From a virus (lineage: Duplodnaviria > Caudoviricetes), in IMG/VR virus record IMGVR_UViG_3300048851_000177, positions 1 through 59,485 of that record: a stretch of DNA of 59,485 bases; one strand, 5' to 3'. Under the pieces are notes generated by a model, which had not been told where the DNA came from, made no database searches, and worked only from the letters and a program-made list of their open reading frames with translations. Shown here in pieces: positions 17,911 to 26,187 of the stretch; the stretch's first letter is position 1; every line of letters starts with the position of its first letter. The position numbers and the translations under genes were made by a program.

Positions 17911-18616
17911 TACCCACCCATCCCCACGTTACTCGTCGCAAAATACGGCTCACAGTCGTTTGAGCGATGCCAAACCGCTCGGCAATCTCGCGCTGCGAAA
18001 TCGTGCCTTGTAGCGAACGGAGTTCCCTCACAAGAGCTTCATCAAGCTTATGAGCGTGGCATGCCGTGCCGCGCATTGCCGTGCCATGGGTCACTTTGTC
18101 GGCGTGGTTGCCGCTGCACGTATCCCACCGCAGATGCTTGGGATGAACGCAGCCCTCGTGGCCTTTGCCGCAAGAGTGGGCAGCTTGATGATCATCTGAT
18201 TCCGGATCGCCGAGTACGATAAAGCACATCATTCTAGATGCCGTTATCTGCTTCCCGTCTAGTTTTGCACGTCCATATCCGTTGTGATCAATACTGTAGG
18301 GGAAGATCAGGCAGTCGTCGCCTTCGTGGTCCTTGTGCCTCAGCAACCAGTCCAACCGCTCGCCGGGAGCAATTCGAACAGCCTTGTCGGCTTTAGGACC
18401 GCCACCCCATCGGGTCCGATCATAGTGGATTTTGCAAAGCCCCTTCGAGCCATGTGGCCGATCGCAGCTTGGTATAGAGCAAACGCCCCTCTCCTGCTTC
18501 GGATGTGATAAAGGGTCGCCGTGCCGCACCCACCGCATATAATGCGTTTGGCACCAGCCTCTTGATTTGACTGGCTTGCAGCAATCTTCAATCGAGCATA
18601 AGCGTTTCGCAGCCAT
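17870..18616 (-). CDS. HNH endonuclease with two N-terminal CxxxxC..CxxHY zinc fingers and C-terminal HTH
   Basis: CSIEDC..WCQTHY; CSIPSC..LCKIHY; AAHSCGKGHEGCVHPKHLRW..N. Confidence 0.9.
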   Translation of the reverse strand: MAAKRLCSIEDCCKPVKSRGWCQTHYMRWVRHGDPLSHPKQERGVCSIPSCDRPHGSKGLCKIHYDRTRWGGGPKADKAVRIAPGERLDWLLRHKDHEGDDCLIFPYSIDHNGYGRAKLDGKQITASRMMCFIVLGDPESDDHQAAHSCGKGHEGCVHPKHLRWDTCSGNHADKVTHGTAMRGTACHAHKLDEALVRELRSLQGTISQREIAERFGIAQTTVSRILRRVTWGWVGNDRIVRGTDRRVG

Positions 18617-18690
18617 TTCGACCTCTCAACAGGTTGGCTTGGTTAGAGCCCGTTGAGAGGTGAGATACTCGACGGGCTTGCCTTTTGTAG
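18617..18690 (-). promoter_or_regulatory. Structured leader of HNH gene
   Basis: AGCCCGTCGAG/CTCAACGGGCT hairpin then CTAACC; alternative ACCTCTCAAC/GTTGAGAGGT helix over the RBS. Confidence 0.6.
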
Positions 18691-18693
18691 CAG

Positions 18694-19746
18694 TTACCTG
18701 CCCCGAGATCGAGCATAAGCCTCCGCGAAGTCGAAGGAATATTGGCAGATACAGCGACATCCGATCAATTCGCCTGGGCCTGCGCCAAGACTTGAATCCC
18801 CTGGGAACCTCATCATCGCCCCAGAAGGAGACTGAAACGGCAGGTCCATGCCCGTTATCGCTTTCGCGTTGAGGGCCGCATGTGTGTGCCGCACCCTTCG
18901 ATCCCCGGCGCTTCTCCATGTTCGGGTGACAAGTGAAGCATCGCGACCAGCGCTATCAAGCCCCTGCCAATATGCCTCATGCTGCGCAGAGTTGACAGAC
19001 TTGGCTGTCTCCGTCCGCGCAATCAGGAGACCACGCAGCGCCAGATAGCTGTCGGCAAGCTTGCCGGTCATCTTCCCCACCGTAACGGGGTCAACGGGCT
19101 TCCCTTCGCGGATCGCTTTCAGGACCGTCCGGTCGTGGCTTTTGTTCCTACGCGTAAGCGTAAGGTAGTGCTTCATTCCTTCAATATCGCCTGTCAACAG
19201 AGCGATACGAGCGCTTTCAACCGTCCTGGCAAGCTGCGGGGTGAGGCCTAGCAGACCATTCTCCCTGCGCAACGTGACGCGGTTCTGACGGCCTACGATA
19301 TCGAGAGCGATCGACTTAGATCCGCGTCCTTGTGAAAACCCGCCAACGATAGTTTCGCGAACCTGCTCGCGAACTCCTTCAGTGATCCCACTGACCAGCA
19401 TTGAAGACTGCTCGCGAATGATTGCTTGCGCTCGCTGTGTATCGCCGTCCCACCTGAGTACGACACGGCCACCGAGAGGGTCGGAAAGCCGGGGAATGTT
19501 GCCGATGGTGAGAACGCCGCCCTGATTGAACGCGATCCGCAGCGCCTCTGTGAGAGGCCGGAAAGCGCTCTGCTCGATATGCAGGGCATTGATCGCGCCC
19601 TCGACGTCATGGCGCTCCAGCTTCTCGACGATTTCCCGAAGCACGATCTCAGACCTGATGTCGGCGATTGCTTCGAGGAAGGCCTGCTCGACGTCCGGAG
19701 ACAGCTTGTCGATCAGGTCGAGGAGTTGCTGGCGGAGAGTGGCCAT
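18694..19746 (-). CDS. Head morphogenesis protein (Mu gpF/SPP1 gp7 family)
   Basis: IARTET, W.SAGDRRVRHTH, FPGD..IGCRC. Confidence 0.9.
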   Translation of the reverse strand: MATLRQQLLDLIDKLSPDVEQAFLEAIADIRSEIVLREIVEKLERHDVEGAINALHIEQSAFRPLTEALRIAFNQGGVLTIGNIPRLSDPLGGRVVLRWDGDTQRAQAIIREQSSMLVSGITEGVREQVRETIVGGFSQGRGSKSIALDIVGRQNRVTLRRENGLLGLTPQLARTVESARIALLTGDIEGMKHYLTLTRRNKSHDRTVLKAIREGKPVDPVTVGKMTGKLADSYLALRGLLIARTETAKSVNSAQHEAYWQGLDSAGRDASLVTRTWRSAGDRRVRHTHAALNAKAITGMDLPFQSPSGAMMRFPGDSSLGAGPGELIGCRCICQYSFDFAEAYARSRGR

Positions 19747-20111
19747 CAGGAGATGACAACCCGCACGTCACCGAAGACTTCTTCAAACAAGAACTCATCA
19801 TGCCCGATTGCCATGTTCCCGCTCGGAGTGAGAACTGCGCGCTTGACCATGCCAAGCTTTTCGTCAGCAGTCATGCAGTGCTTCTGAAGCTCGCCGTTGA
19901 GATACGCTTCGACCTTCTTGCCGTCGCCGTTGAACATAGCCCACTGGCTATAGCCTGGGTCGTCCTTGTCCGACGAGACACGGATGCCATCACCGCGGGG
20001 TGGGAGAGCTTCAGCCGCGGTCACAACGACTGTCGGCAGGGCGACAGCGGCCACAGTCGTCTTGACCATGAAGGCACGACGACTGAGAGGCACTATCCGG
20101 TGCACACTCAT
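19746..20111 (-). CDS. Hypothetical protein with twin-arginine-like N-terminus
   Basis: LSRRAFMVK followed by a hydrophobic stretch; translationally coupled on both sides. Confidence 0.65.
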   Translation of the reverse strand: MSVHRIVPLSRRAFMVKTTVAAVALPTVVVTAAEALPPRGDGIRVSSDKDDPGYSQWAMFNGDGKKVEAYLNGELQKHCMTADEKLGMVKRAVLTPSGNMAIGHDEFLFEEVFGDVRVVIS

Positions 20112-20275
20112 TCCCGGCCCACCTTCTCGACAGCCTTGGCCGCAGTCACATTGGCCGGCTTGACAAGGCCGATTGCGGTCAGCGCCTGGGCCTGCTTGTC
20201 GGAGACCTCGTAGGTGTCGCCTACCTTGTTGGCGCCGTGCTTCATCAGGGTTTCGACTTTGACGAGCTTGCTCAT
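20108..20275 (-). CDS. Small hypothetical protein (55 aa; absent from ORF track)
   Basis: MSKLVKVETLMKHG..VGDTYEV..AQAL..GLV; ATGA overlaps at both ends. Confidence 0.7.
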   Translation of the reverse strand: MSKLVKVETLMKHGANKVGDTYEVSDKQAQALTAIGLVKPANVTAAKAVEKVGRE

Positions 20276-20634
20276 GCTATTCTCCCTTGGACAATGTGAA
20301 CGACGGACGTCTGGCCGTCGAACATGGTTGGGTCTGAATTGATAATTCGGTAGGTCTTGCCGTTCGCCGTGGCATAATCGCCGGGACCGGGCGTGATCGC
20401 CAGCCCAACGGCCGAAATGTAGATCTGCATATCACCTGTTTTAATAACTGAGCCGTCTACTTCGCGGGCGGTGTACGCCATTGGCACGAGGGTGGCCGGG
20501 TACGCGGTTTCTGAAGGATCGCCTCCGACACTGGGATCAGGCTCGACGATGCGCGTCACGGTGCCAGTCTGGCCGAACTTGGTGATGAGCCGCCGCGCCG
20601 TTGCCTGCAGGCGGGCGTAGAGCGGGTTAGCCAT
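20272..20634 (-). CDS. Head closure protein
   Basis: LQATARRLITKFGQ and DGSVIKTGD motifs; synteny. Confidence 0.8.
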   Translation of the reverse strand: MANPLYARLQATARRLITKFGQTGTVTRIVEPDPSVGGDPSETAYPATLVPMAYTAREVDGSVIKTGDMQIYISAVGLAITPGPGDYATANGKTYRIINSDPTMFDGQTSVVHIVQGRIA

Positions 20635-21134
20635 CAGACGACCAAGATCGCTGGGAGGCATGGACGGAAGAACATCCAGAGCAAACGCTCGATCGATGTA
20701 ACAACCGGTGTCGCGAGAGCGATGATATCCTCAAGGCTTGCTGATGACGATGATGCGTATTCGATTTCAAGGCTGCCAATCTTCTCCCGCTTCACGGTCG
20801 ATGAACCGGTTACCACCGGGGAGAGGCTGCCTGGAGTGTTCAATTCAAGGAAGGCGGCTTCGTATGCAGCCATTTCGACAGCCACTGGGATAACGTCAGC
20901 TGGGATCGTTTCGCCCGTGTAGACGGTAGCGCCGCTACGGGGCCACGCTCTTTCCTGCTGAAAACCAGCGGCGCGAGAGCCAGGGAACTTAAATTCATAT
21001 CGGTCAACGAACATAGACCCGCGTTGACGCGCTGCGGCCTTCTGGGCATCGGTCGTCCCATCTGGGATGACGTAGCAGGCGGCAGTCGCGTAGGCGGTGA
21101 AGCCCTCATTTGTGCCGTATCCAGCCATATTCAT
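20634..21134 (-). CDS. Head-tail adaptor
   Basis: Q.RAWPR, IP..V..A.YEAA, REKIGSLEIEY. Confidence 0.8.
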   Translation of the reverse strand: MNMAGYGTNEGFTAYATAACYVIPDGTTDAQKAAARQRGSMFVDRYEFKFPGSRAAGFQQERAWPRSGATVYTGETIPADVIPVAVEMAAYEAAFLELNTPGSLSPVVTGSSTVKREKIGSLEIEYASSSSASLEDIIALATPVVTSIERLLWMFFRPCLPAILVV

Positions 21135-21181
21135 TCTCCGTGGGGTGGGAGGCCCCGGCAGTTGCCCGCCGGGGTCAGTGG

Positions 21182-21487
21182 TTATTCAGCCAGCTTGGCG
21201 TCGATCAGCTCTTTCAGCTTCACGTTTGAGATATTCCCCGGGTACTGGACACCGAGTTCATCAGCCTGCTTCTTCAGTTCGTCGCGCTCAGTGGCCTTGT
21301 CGTCATCCGCCGACTTTGCCTTGCCTTCGACCGAGATGGCGCCACTCTTGATGCGAGCCGCGTTGGCCTTCGATTCGATCAGGTCGAACTCCTTGGTTTC
21401 GTTCGGCTTGAGCGAGAACGACTTGGCCTTACCGTCGACCAGCCCGTTCAGGACTAGGCCTGCTGCGCTGTTGTTAGTGACTTCCAT
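21182..21487 (-). CDS. Hypothetical head protein with C-terminal HeH/Rho-N-like helices
   Basis: RDELKKQADELGV...KLKELID. Confidence 0.7.
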   Translation of the reverse strand: MEVTNNSAAGLVLNGLVDGKAKSFSLKPNETKEFDLIESKANAARIKSGAISVEGKAKSADDDKATERDELKKQADELGVQYPGNISNVKLKELIDAKLAE

Positions 21488-21490
21488 GGA

Positions 21491-22447
21491 TCAATCCTCC
21501 GAGCCAATACCGTCCATGTAGCGCATGGCGGCGGTTAGAGAGACGTCGACGCCACCGAGGCGAAACGCGCCCGGGACTTCGTAGCGGAAAGGCCCTGTCT
21601 GCCATACCGGGAAGAACCGGAACGGCATGGGCATGTTGAGGCGAAGAACCTCTTCGTCGTTGCGATATGCGACGGCGCGGGAGGAGCCACCAGCGCCAGC
21701 GTTTTCCAGACCACGAATGCCGCGAATTGTTAGCGGCTGACCGGTTTCCATGGTGTAGACGTTGTTAGTCCGCAGCCATTCGAGAATGGTCGTTTCGGTG
21801 TTCTCCGAGAGCTGGCGAGTGCCGATATCGTGCATCTCCGTATAAGGGAGAAGTAGTGTATCGGCCATCTCAACGGTGTTCGAGCCGACGAATACGCCGG
21901 AGAGTAGACCGTTGACATCGGCCATGATCTGGCCCGGCGTCTTGTCATCCCACGAAGTCGAGGAGCCTGTGCCAGTTGCCCCTGCATCGCCAGCGACGAC
22001 GCCAGGCTGGTTGGTGACTCCGTAGAACCCCTTGGTCACATCGCCGAAGAAAGCGACCTGATCAGTGAACTCTTCGGACGCGCGGCGGGCTGCTTGTCCC
22101 TTGCGTGCAGCAAGGTCAACGCTGAGCATCTGAGCCTGTGCGAGCTCTTCGAGGTTCCAGCCGTAACCGATAGCCGCCATGCTGACGGTGGTCTCGGTCT
22201 TGGCGCGGATCAATTCGGCACGCGGCACGTCATCGGCACCAGCGTTCATCCATTCAGCCTGACCGACGCCATCGAGCGAGAAGTAGGTGATGGACTTCAC
22301 CCATTCCGGTCCGGTGGTGTCGACCGGGACGAGGCCACGATACCGGATCGCCGGATAACGGGTCTGGTAGACCGTGGCATTGATTCGGGATGCCTGGCTG
22401 ACGGCGAAAGACATCGCCACCTGAGCATCCATCTGGAAGTGTTTCAT
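21491..22447 (-). CDS. Major capsid protein (DUF2184 family)
   Basis: GYGWNLEEL, VAFFGD..GFYG..N; 318 aa; synteny. Confidence 0.9.
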   Translation of the reverse strand: MKHFQMDAQVAMSFAVSQASRINATVYQTRYPAIRYRGLVPVDTTGPEWVKSITYFSLDGVGQAEWMNAGADDVPRAELIRAKTETTVSMAAIGYGWNLEELAQAQMLSVDLAARKGQAARRASEEFTDQVAFFGDVTKGFYGVTNQPGVVAGDAGATGTGSSTSWDDKTPGQIMADVNGLLSGVFVGSNTVEMADTLLLPYTEMHDIGTRQLSENTETTILEWLRTNNVYTMETGQPLTIRGIRGLENAGAGGSSRAVAYRNDEEVLRLNMPMPFRFFPVWQTGPFRYEVPGAFRLGGVDVSLTAAMRYMDGIGSED

Positions 22448-22466
22448 TTCAGCGTTCCTTTCAGGA

Positions 22467-22907
22467 TTACTGCAGGTTCAGGACTGCAAGGCCCGCAGCC
22501 GTGGTGGAAGTCTCCCACTTGCCGACGAGAGTGTTGCTGGTTGCGACGTTGGTGAAGACGCCGGTCGCCGGCACGATGTATGCGGGCTCGCCGTTGTTGA
22601 CCGCGAGTGAGGCGGTGACGACCACCGGGCCCTTGGTGCGTACGCGAGCTGTCGAATACTGGGGATAGCCTTCCTGCAGCTGCGTCTGGTCGAGCACCGT
22701 GACGCCAGCAAAGGTCGCCGTGCCGTTGGCGACGATAATCTGGTTGTCAGCCGTGCCGTGGAAAGCCGCCTTGCCGAAGCCGATACCGGCCACAGTCTCA
22801 ACGTTGAGCGAGCGATCCTGACCAGGAGTCCGCATGTCGGGGATCATGCCCTCGACAAAGCGTGCCTGACGGTCGCCGTAGGTGGTCTGGAGAGGGGTCA
22901 TAGCCAT
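22467..22907 (-). CDS. Capsid decoration/cement protein
   Basis: Between protease/scaffold and capsid; IGFGKA, FAGV, KGPVVV. Confidence 0.8.
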   Translation of the reverse strand: MAMTPLQTTYGDRQARFVEGMIPDMRTPGQDRSLNVETVAGIGFGKAAFHGTADNQIIVANGTATFAGVTVLDQTQLQEGYPQYSTARVRTKGPVVVTASLAVNNGEPAYIVPATGVFTNVATSNTLVGKWETSTTAAGLAVLNLQ

Positions 22908-22909
22908 GA

Positions 22910-24034
22910 TTAAGCGGCCTCCGTCTTGCGGTTGAGGTCAGCGATCGAAGCGGCCCATGCCTTATCTTCGTCGGCGGTGAAGGTTGCGGTCGGCTTGATG
23001 CCGTCCTTGAGTACGTTCGCGAACTGGTCAACGGGCTTCGCGTCCTTGGCGATCGCTTTGAACATGCCGGACACTTCGGCGTCGGAGGCATCCTTGACCA
23101 TCTCGTCACCGAGCTTGGCCTTGACAGCGGCGCGGCGCAGTTCCGCGTCGGTGCCCTTGATCTCGATCTTTCTGTCGATCGTCTTGACGACCTCGACGAG
23201 AGCGGCGCGATCTGCAACCATGCGGTCGAGATCTTCCGGCTTCAGCGCGGAATCCTGAGCCTTCTTCAGATCGACCTTGAGAGTACCGATCTCGGTATCC
23301 TTCGCAGCGATCGTGGCCTTGTGTTCACCGGCTGCAGACTGCAGGTCGGCCAGTTGCTTGGTGAAGCCGTCGAGCGCGCGCTGCACGATCTGGGCATCCT
23401 TATCGGTCAAGTCGACCGACAGTCCGTCAACAATGATGGTTCGGGTCGTCATTGACCTTGTTCCTTTCGTTCCATCTTCAACAAAGGGCGAAGCGCCCCA
23501 CGATGTCGCACTGTCGCCAATGCGAGCTTGAGAACCGGCCCGCGCCGCATCGACGATCGCGAGATGGTTGATTTTGATGTTCTGTTGCTGGGCGTTGTAG
23601 GGCTCGCCCTGAGGGGTCACACCGTCGCCCCAGACGAGTTCGCAAGTATAGCCGGCAGACAGTTCGCGCTTGCCGCTCTCGACCGCTGCGATGGCAGCCC
23701 GATCCTTCAGGATCAGCGGCAGATGCACCCACTCGCCGTCCTTCTTGGCAGCCGTGCTGACCTCGCCAACAGCGAGTTCCCGCCAATTGCCGTCATTCAC
23801 GGCTTCAGCCGGGTGGTTCATGGTCACTGGCGCATGGGTGAAGCTCTGAAGGCTGTCCTGCGCGAAGACCTGCTCTGCTGGGCGATAGACGCGGACCACC
23901 GGCATATCGGGCTTGCCGACTTCATCGCCGGAGTAAAGCTGGATGCCGGTGCGGACCGATCGAGCCTCGGCAACAAGGTATCCGTCGCCAGTCCGGCGGG
24001 TGCCAGACAGCGTGACTGCATCGGTGAAGTTCAT
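22910..24034 (-). CDS. Prohead protease/scaffold (DUF2213)
   Basis: RTGIQLY, ELSAGY, NHLAIV..ARAG...RIGD. Confidence 0.9.
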   Translation of the reverse strand: MNFTDAVTLSGTRRTGDGYLVAEARSVRTGIQLYSGDEVGKPDMPVVRVYRPAEQVFAQDSLQSFTHAPVTMNHPAEAVNDGNWRELAVGEVSTAAKKDGEWVHLPLILKDRAAIAAVESGKRELSAGYTCELVWGDGVTPQGEPYNAQQQNIKINHLAIVDAARAGSQARIGDSATSWGASPFVEDGTKGTRSMTTRTIIVDGLSVDLTDKDAQIVQRALDGFTKQLADLQSAAGEHKATIAAKDTEIGTLKVDLKKAQDSALKPEDLDRMVADRAALVEVVKTIDRKIEIKGTDAELRRAAVKAKLGDEMVKDASDAEVSGMFKAIAKDAKPVDQFANVLKDGIKPTATFTADEDKAWAASIADLNRKTEAA

Positions 24035-24044
24035 GATGTGCCTC

Positions 24045-24323
24045 TCAGGCGGTGATGTGCTTGACCGCCCACATGACGGATTCTTCGACGCGCTGGCCTG
24101 CCGTATTCAGCATTGCCTCTACGACGAGCTTGTGATGGAGCGCGTCTTCGGCATCCTCGAACTGAGGTGCAGTGCGGAGACCTTCAATGAGAGCGAAGAG
24201 TTCCGCTCCCTTATCCTTGATGGCCTGCATATCGGCCTTTTCCTTGTCACTGAGGACGCGGTAGGCATGACGCATGGTGTTGTTGACCGTGCGAGCGTCG
24301 GAAGTGCTGTCGACAGTGCTCAT
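24045..24323 (-). CDS. Acb2/Tad1-like cyclic-nucleotide sponge (92 aa)
   Basis: YRVLSDKEKADMQAIKDKGAELFALI resembles the Acb2 N-terminus (YRxLSxEExxxMxxxKxxG); C-terminal EESVMWAVKHIT. Confidence 0.7.
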   Translation of the reverse strand: MSTVDSTSDARTVNNTMRHAYRVLSDKEKADMQAIKDKGAELFALIEGLRTAPQFEDAEDALHHKLVVEAMLNTAGQRVEESVMWAVKHITA

Positions 24324-24324
24324 G

Positions 24325-26187
24325 TCAGGTTTCCTTGAGGTTCGAGGCCCAGTCTTCCTTGACCTCTGCGAACAGTTCCGGCCCGAGGATGATCTCGCCC
24401 TGGTATGGTTCGACGTCGGCCAAATCCGGTGCATCCGGGTCGTAGCTGATGGTGATGTGAGGCTGGTACTCGGGATGATCCCAGGACGCGCCAGCTTCCT
24501 TGATGCTGTCGTGCCGCCACTGCAGCTCGCTCGCCTTGAACAGCAACACCCGGGCCTCCCCGAACTGCTCCATCAAGCGCGGGCCACCGGCGGCAACCTT
24601 TAGCTCGCTCTGCCAGCTCTCACCGACCGACATCCAATCCACTGGCGTGCGGCTGAAGGCGATCGTGACGTGCAAGTCATCGGCCGGGAGCGTGGTCTTG
24701 AACCCCTGCCCCTTTGCCCATGCGATTAGGTCCGAGGCGTTCACCACCTTGCGGGAAACGTAAAGCGTGCGTGGAGCGGCGTCGTTCGCTGCCTGCTGCA
24801 TCCGCACCACGTTGTTGGCGTTCGGCGCCTGCGCTGCTGCTGCGGCGGCAAGTTCGTCCTCGGATGGCTCTTGCTCGCCGATCTCGCCAAACTCGGCGAT
24901 AGCTTCAGCAAGGCCAGGCAGGTTGCCGTCCTCAACGAAACGATTCACCAACGAGCGGGATACGGCGTCACGGGCAACAATCTCCTGGCCGGTCCCGCTG
25001 CCAACAAGCTGGCGAGCGCCATCAGCATAGGTCTTGAAGACTTCGGCACGTTCTTTCTCGCTCATGGTGTAGAGCGGGGCCCATTCGTAATAGATCGCCT
25101 CGTCGCGCGTGCCAGTGGCCGATCGGATGATAACCTCGTCGACCATCCAGAGCGCGGGGCTCATCTTGTTGCGCTGGCCAGCGCCGATGCCATCGTAGTA
25201 GTTCTTGAGAGCCGTCTCGCCATTCGAGCCAAGACCGGACGGAGCATCCTGAAGAAAGCGCGAGAGCGGGATATCAGCGGCGCCGGCGGCAACCTGCAGA
25301 TATTGGCGCATCAGCTCGGGGAACTGCCCGAAGTTGATTGTCTTCTGCTCCCACTTCTCGCCCTGGGCATCGCCTGCGCTTCCATTGCCCTCGAGGAGCA
25401 GCATGTTGAACATGCTCTTCATCGTGTTCGCGTAGGTAAAGCGCGCGGTCAGGGCGGCGGTCGAGGTCTCGTTCTTCAGCGCGGCCGATAGACCGGGCAT
25501 GTAGATGACGTCTGTCTTCGCCTCAGGGATCAGCGAGGCAATGTGCTCTTGAGCCGAGGAAGCGTTCTGCAAGGCGTCGTAGACCACCTGGAGAATGCTG
25601 TCACCCCAGATCTCGTCCTCTGCCAGCGTCTTGTCGAGCACCGGGGCGCCGACGAACTTGATGACGCGGGACGGGTGGAAGTTGGCGATCAGACCGCTCT
25701 TGCTGTTGACCGTCCACATGCGCGGCTGGCCGTAATAGGGCGATTCAATATCCCGGTCGATGTCCGTGTACGTGACCTGATCGCGGCCAAGCACATGGAT
25801 GTATTTCAGCGCATCCTTGCCGACGCGATCGATGACAAGTTCCTGATCAGGCGTGCCAGAAGCAACACCCAGAACCATAACCGAACCGCCGCGAAGGCGA
25901 GCAAGCTGCATAGCTTCATTGACTTTGGCCTGTAGGTTGATCTGTGGGGAGCGTTCCAGCTTTTCGATCAGCTCGACGACGTTCTCGTCTGCCTTCCACT
26001 CGCGCCATTCCCGGGTCATGTCGTCCGGAATGATGTCCACGATCTTGCGGGCCATCCAGTCGGATCGGTGCATCGCAACCAGCTCGCCAGGATCACGAGC
26101 ATTGAAGCCGTAGACGTTCGCCGTCCGCTTGTCCTTGGAGGTGCCAAGGCCGCTCACAAGGTTAGAGAGGCGATCGAGAAACAGCAT
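24325..26187 (-). CDS. Portal protein (DUF1073 type) fused to a C-terminal Acb1-like 2H phosphoesterase
   Basis: Follows TerL; ADIPLSRF..PSGL..G....NYYD (portal); LHVTIAFS and PHITISY (two HxT motifs). Confidence 0.9.
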   Translation of the reverse strand: MLFLDRLSNLVSGLGTSKDKRTANVYGFNARDPGELVAMHRSDWMARKIVDIIPDDMTREWREWKADENVVELIEKLERSPQINLQAKVNEAMQLARLRGGSVMVLGVASGTPDQELVIDRVGKDALKYIHVLGRDQVTYTDIDRDIESPYYGQPRMWTVNSKSGLIANFHPSRVIKFVGAPVLDKTLAEDEIWGDSILQVVYDALQNASSAQEHIASLIPEAKTDVIYMPGLSAALKNETSTAALTARFTYANTMKSMFNMLLLEGNGSAGDAQGEKWEQKTINFGQFPELMRQYLQVAAGAADIPLSRFLQDAPSGLGSNGETALKNYYDGIGAGQRNKMSPALWMVDEVIIRSATGTRDEAIYYEWAPLYTMSEKERAEVFKTYADGARQLVGSGTGQEIVARDAVSRSLVNRFVEDGNLPGLAEAIAEFGEIGEQEPSEDELAAAAAAQAPNANNVVRMQQAANDAAPRTLYVSRKVVNASDLIAWAKGQGFKTTLPADDLHVTIAFSRTPVDWMSVGESWQSELKVAAGGPRLMEQFGEARVLLFKASELQWRHDSIKEAGASWDHPEYQPHITISYDPDAPDLADVEPYQGEIILGPELFAEVKEDWASNLKET

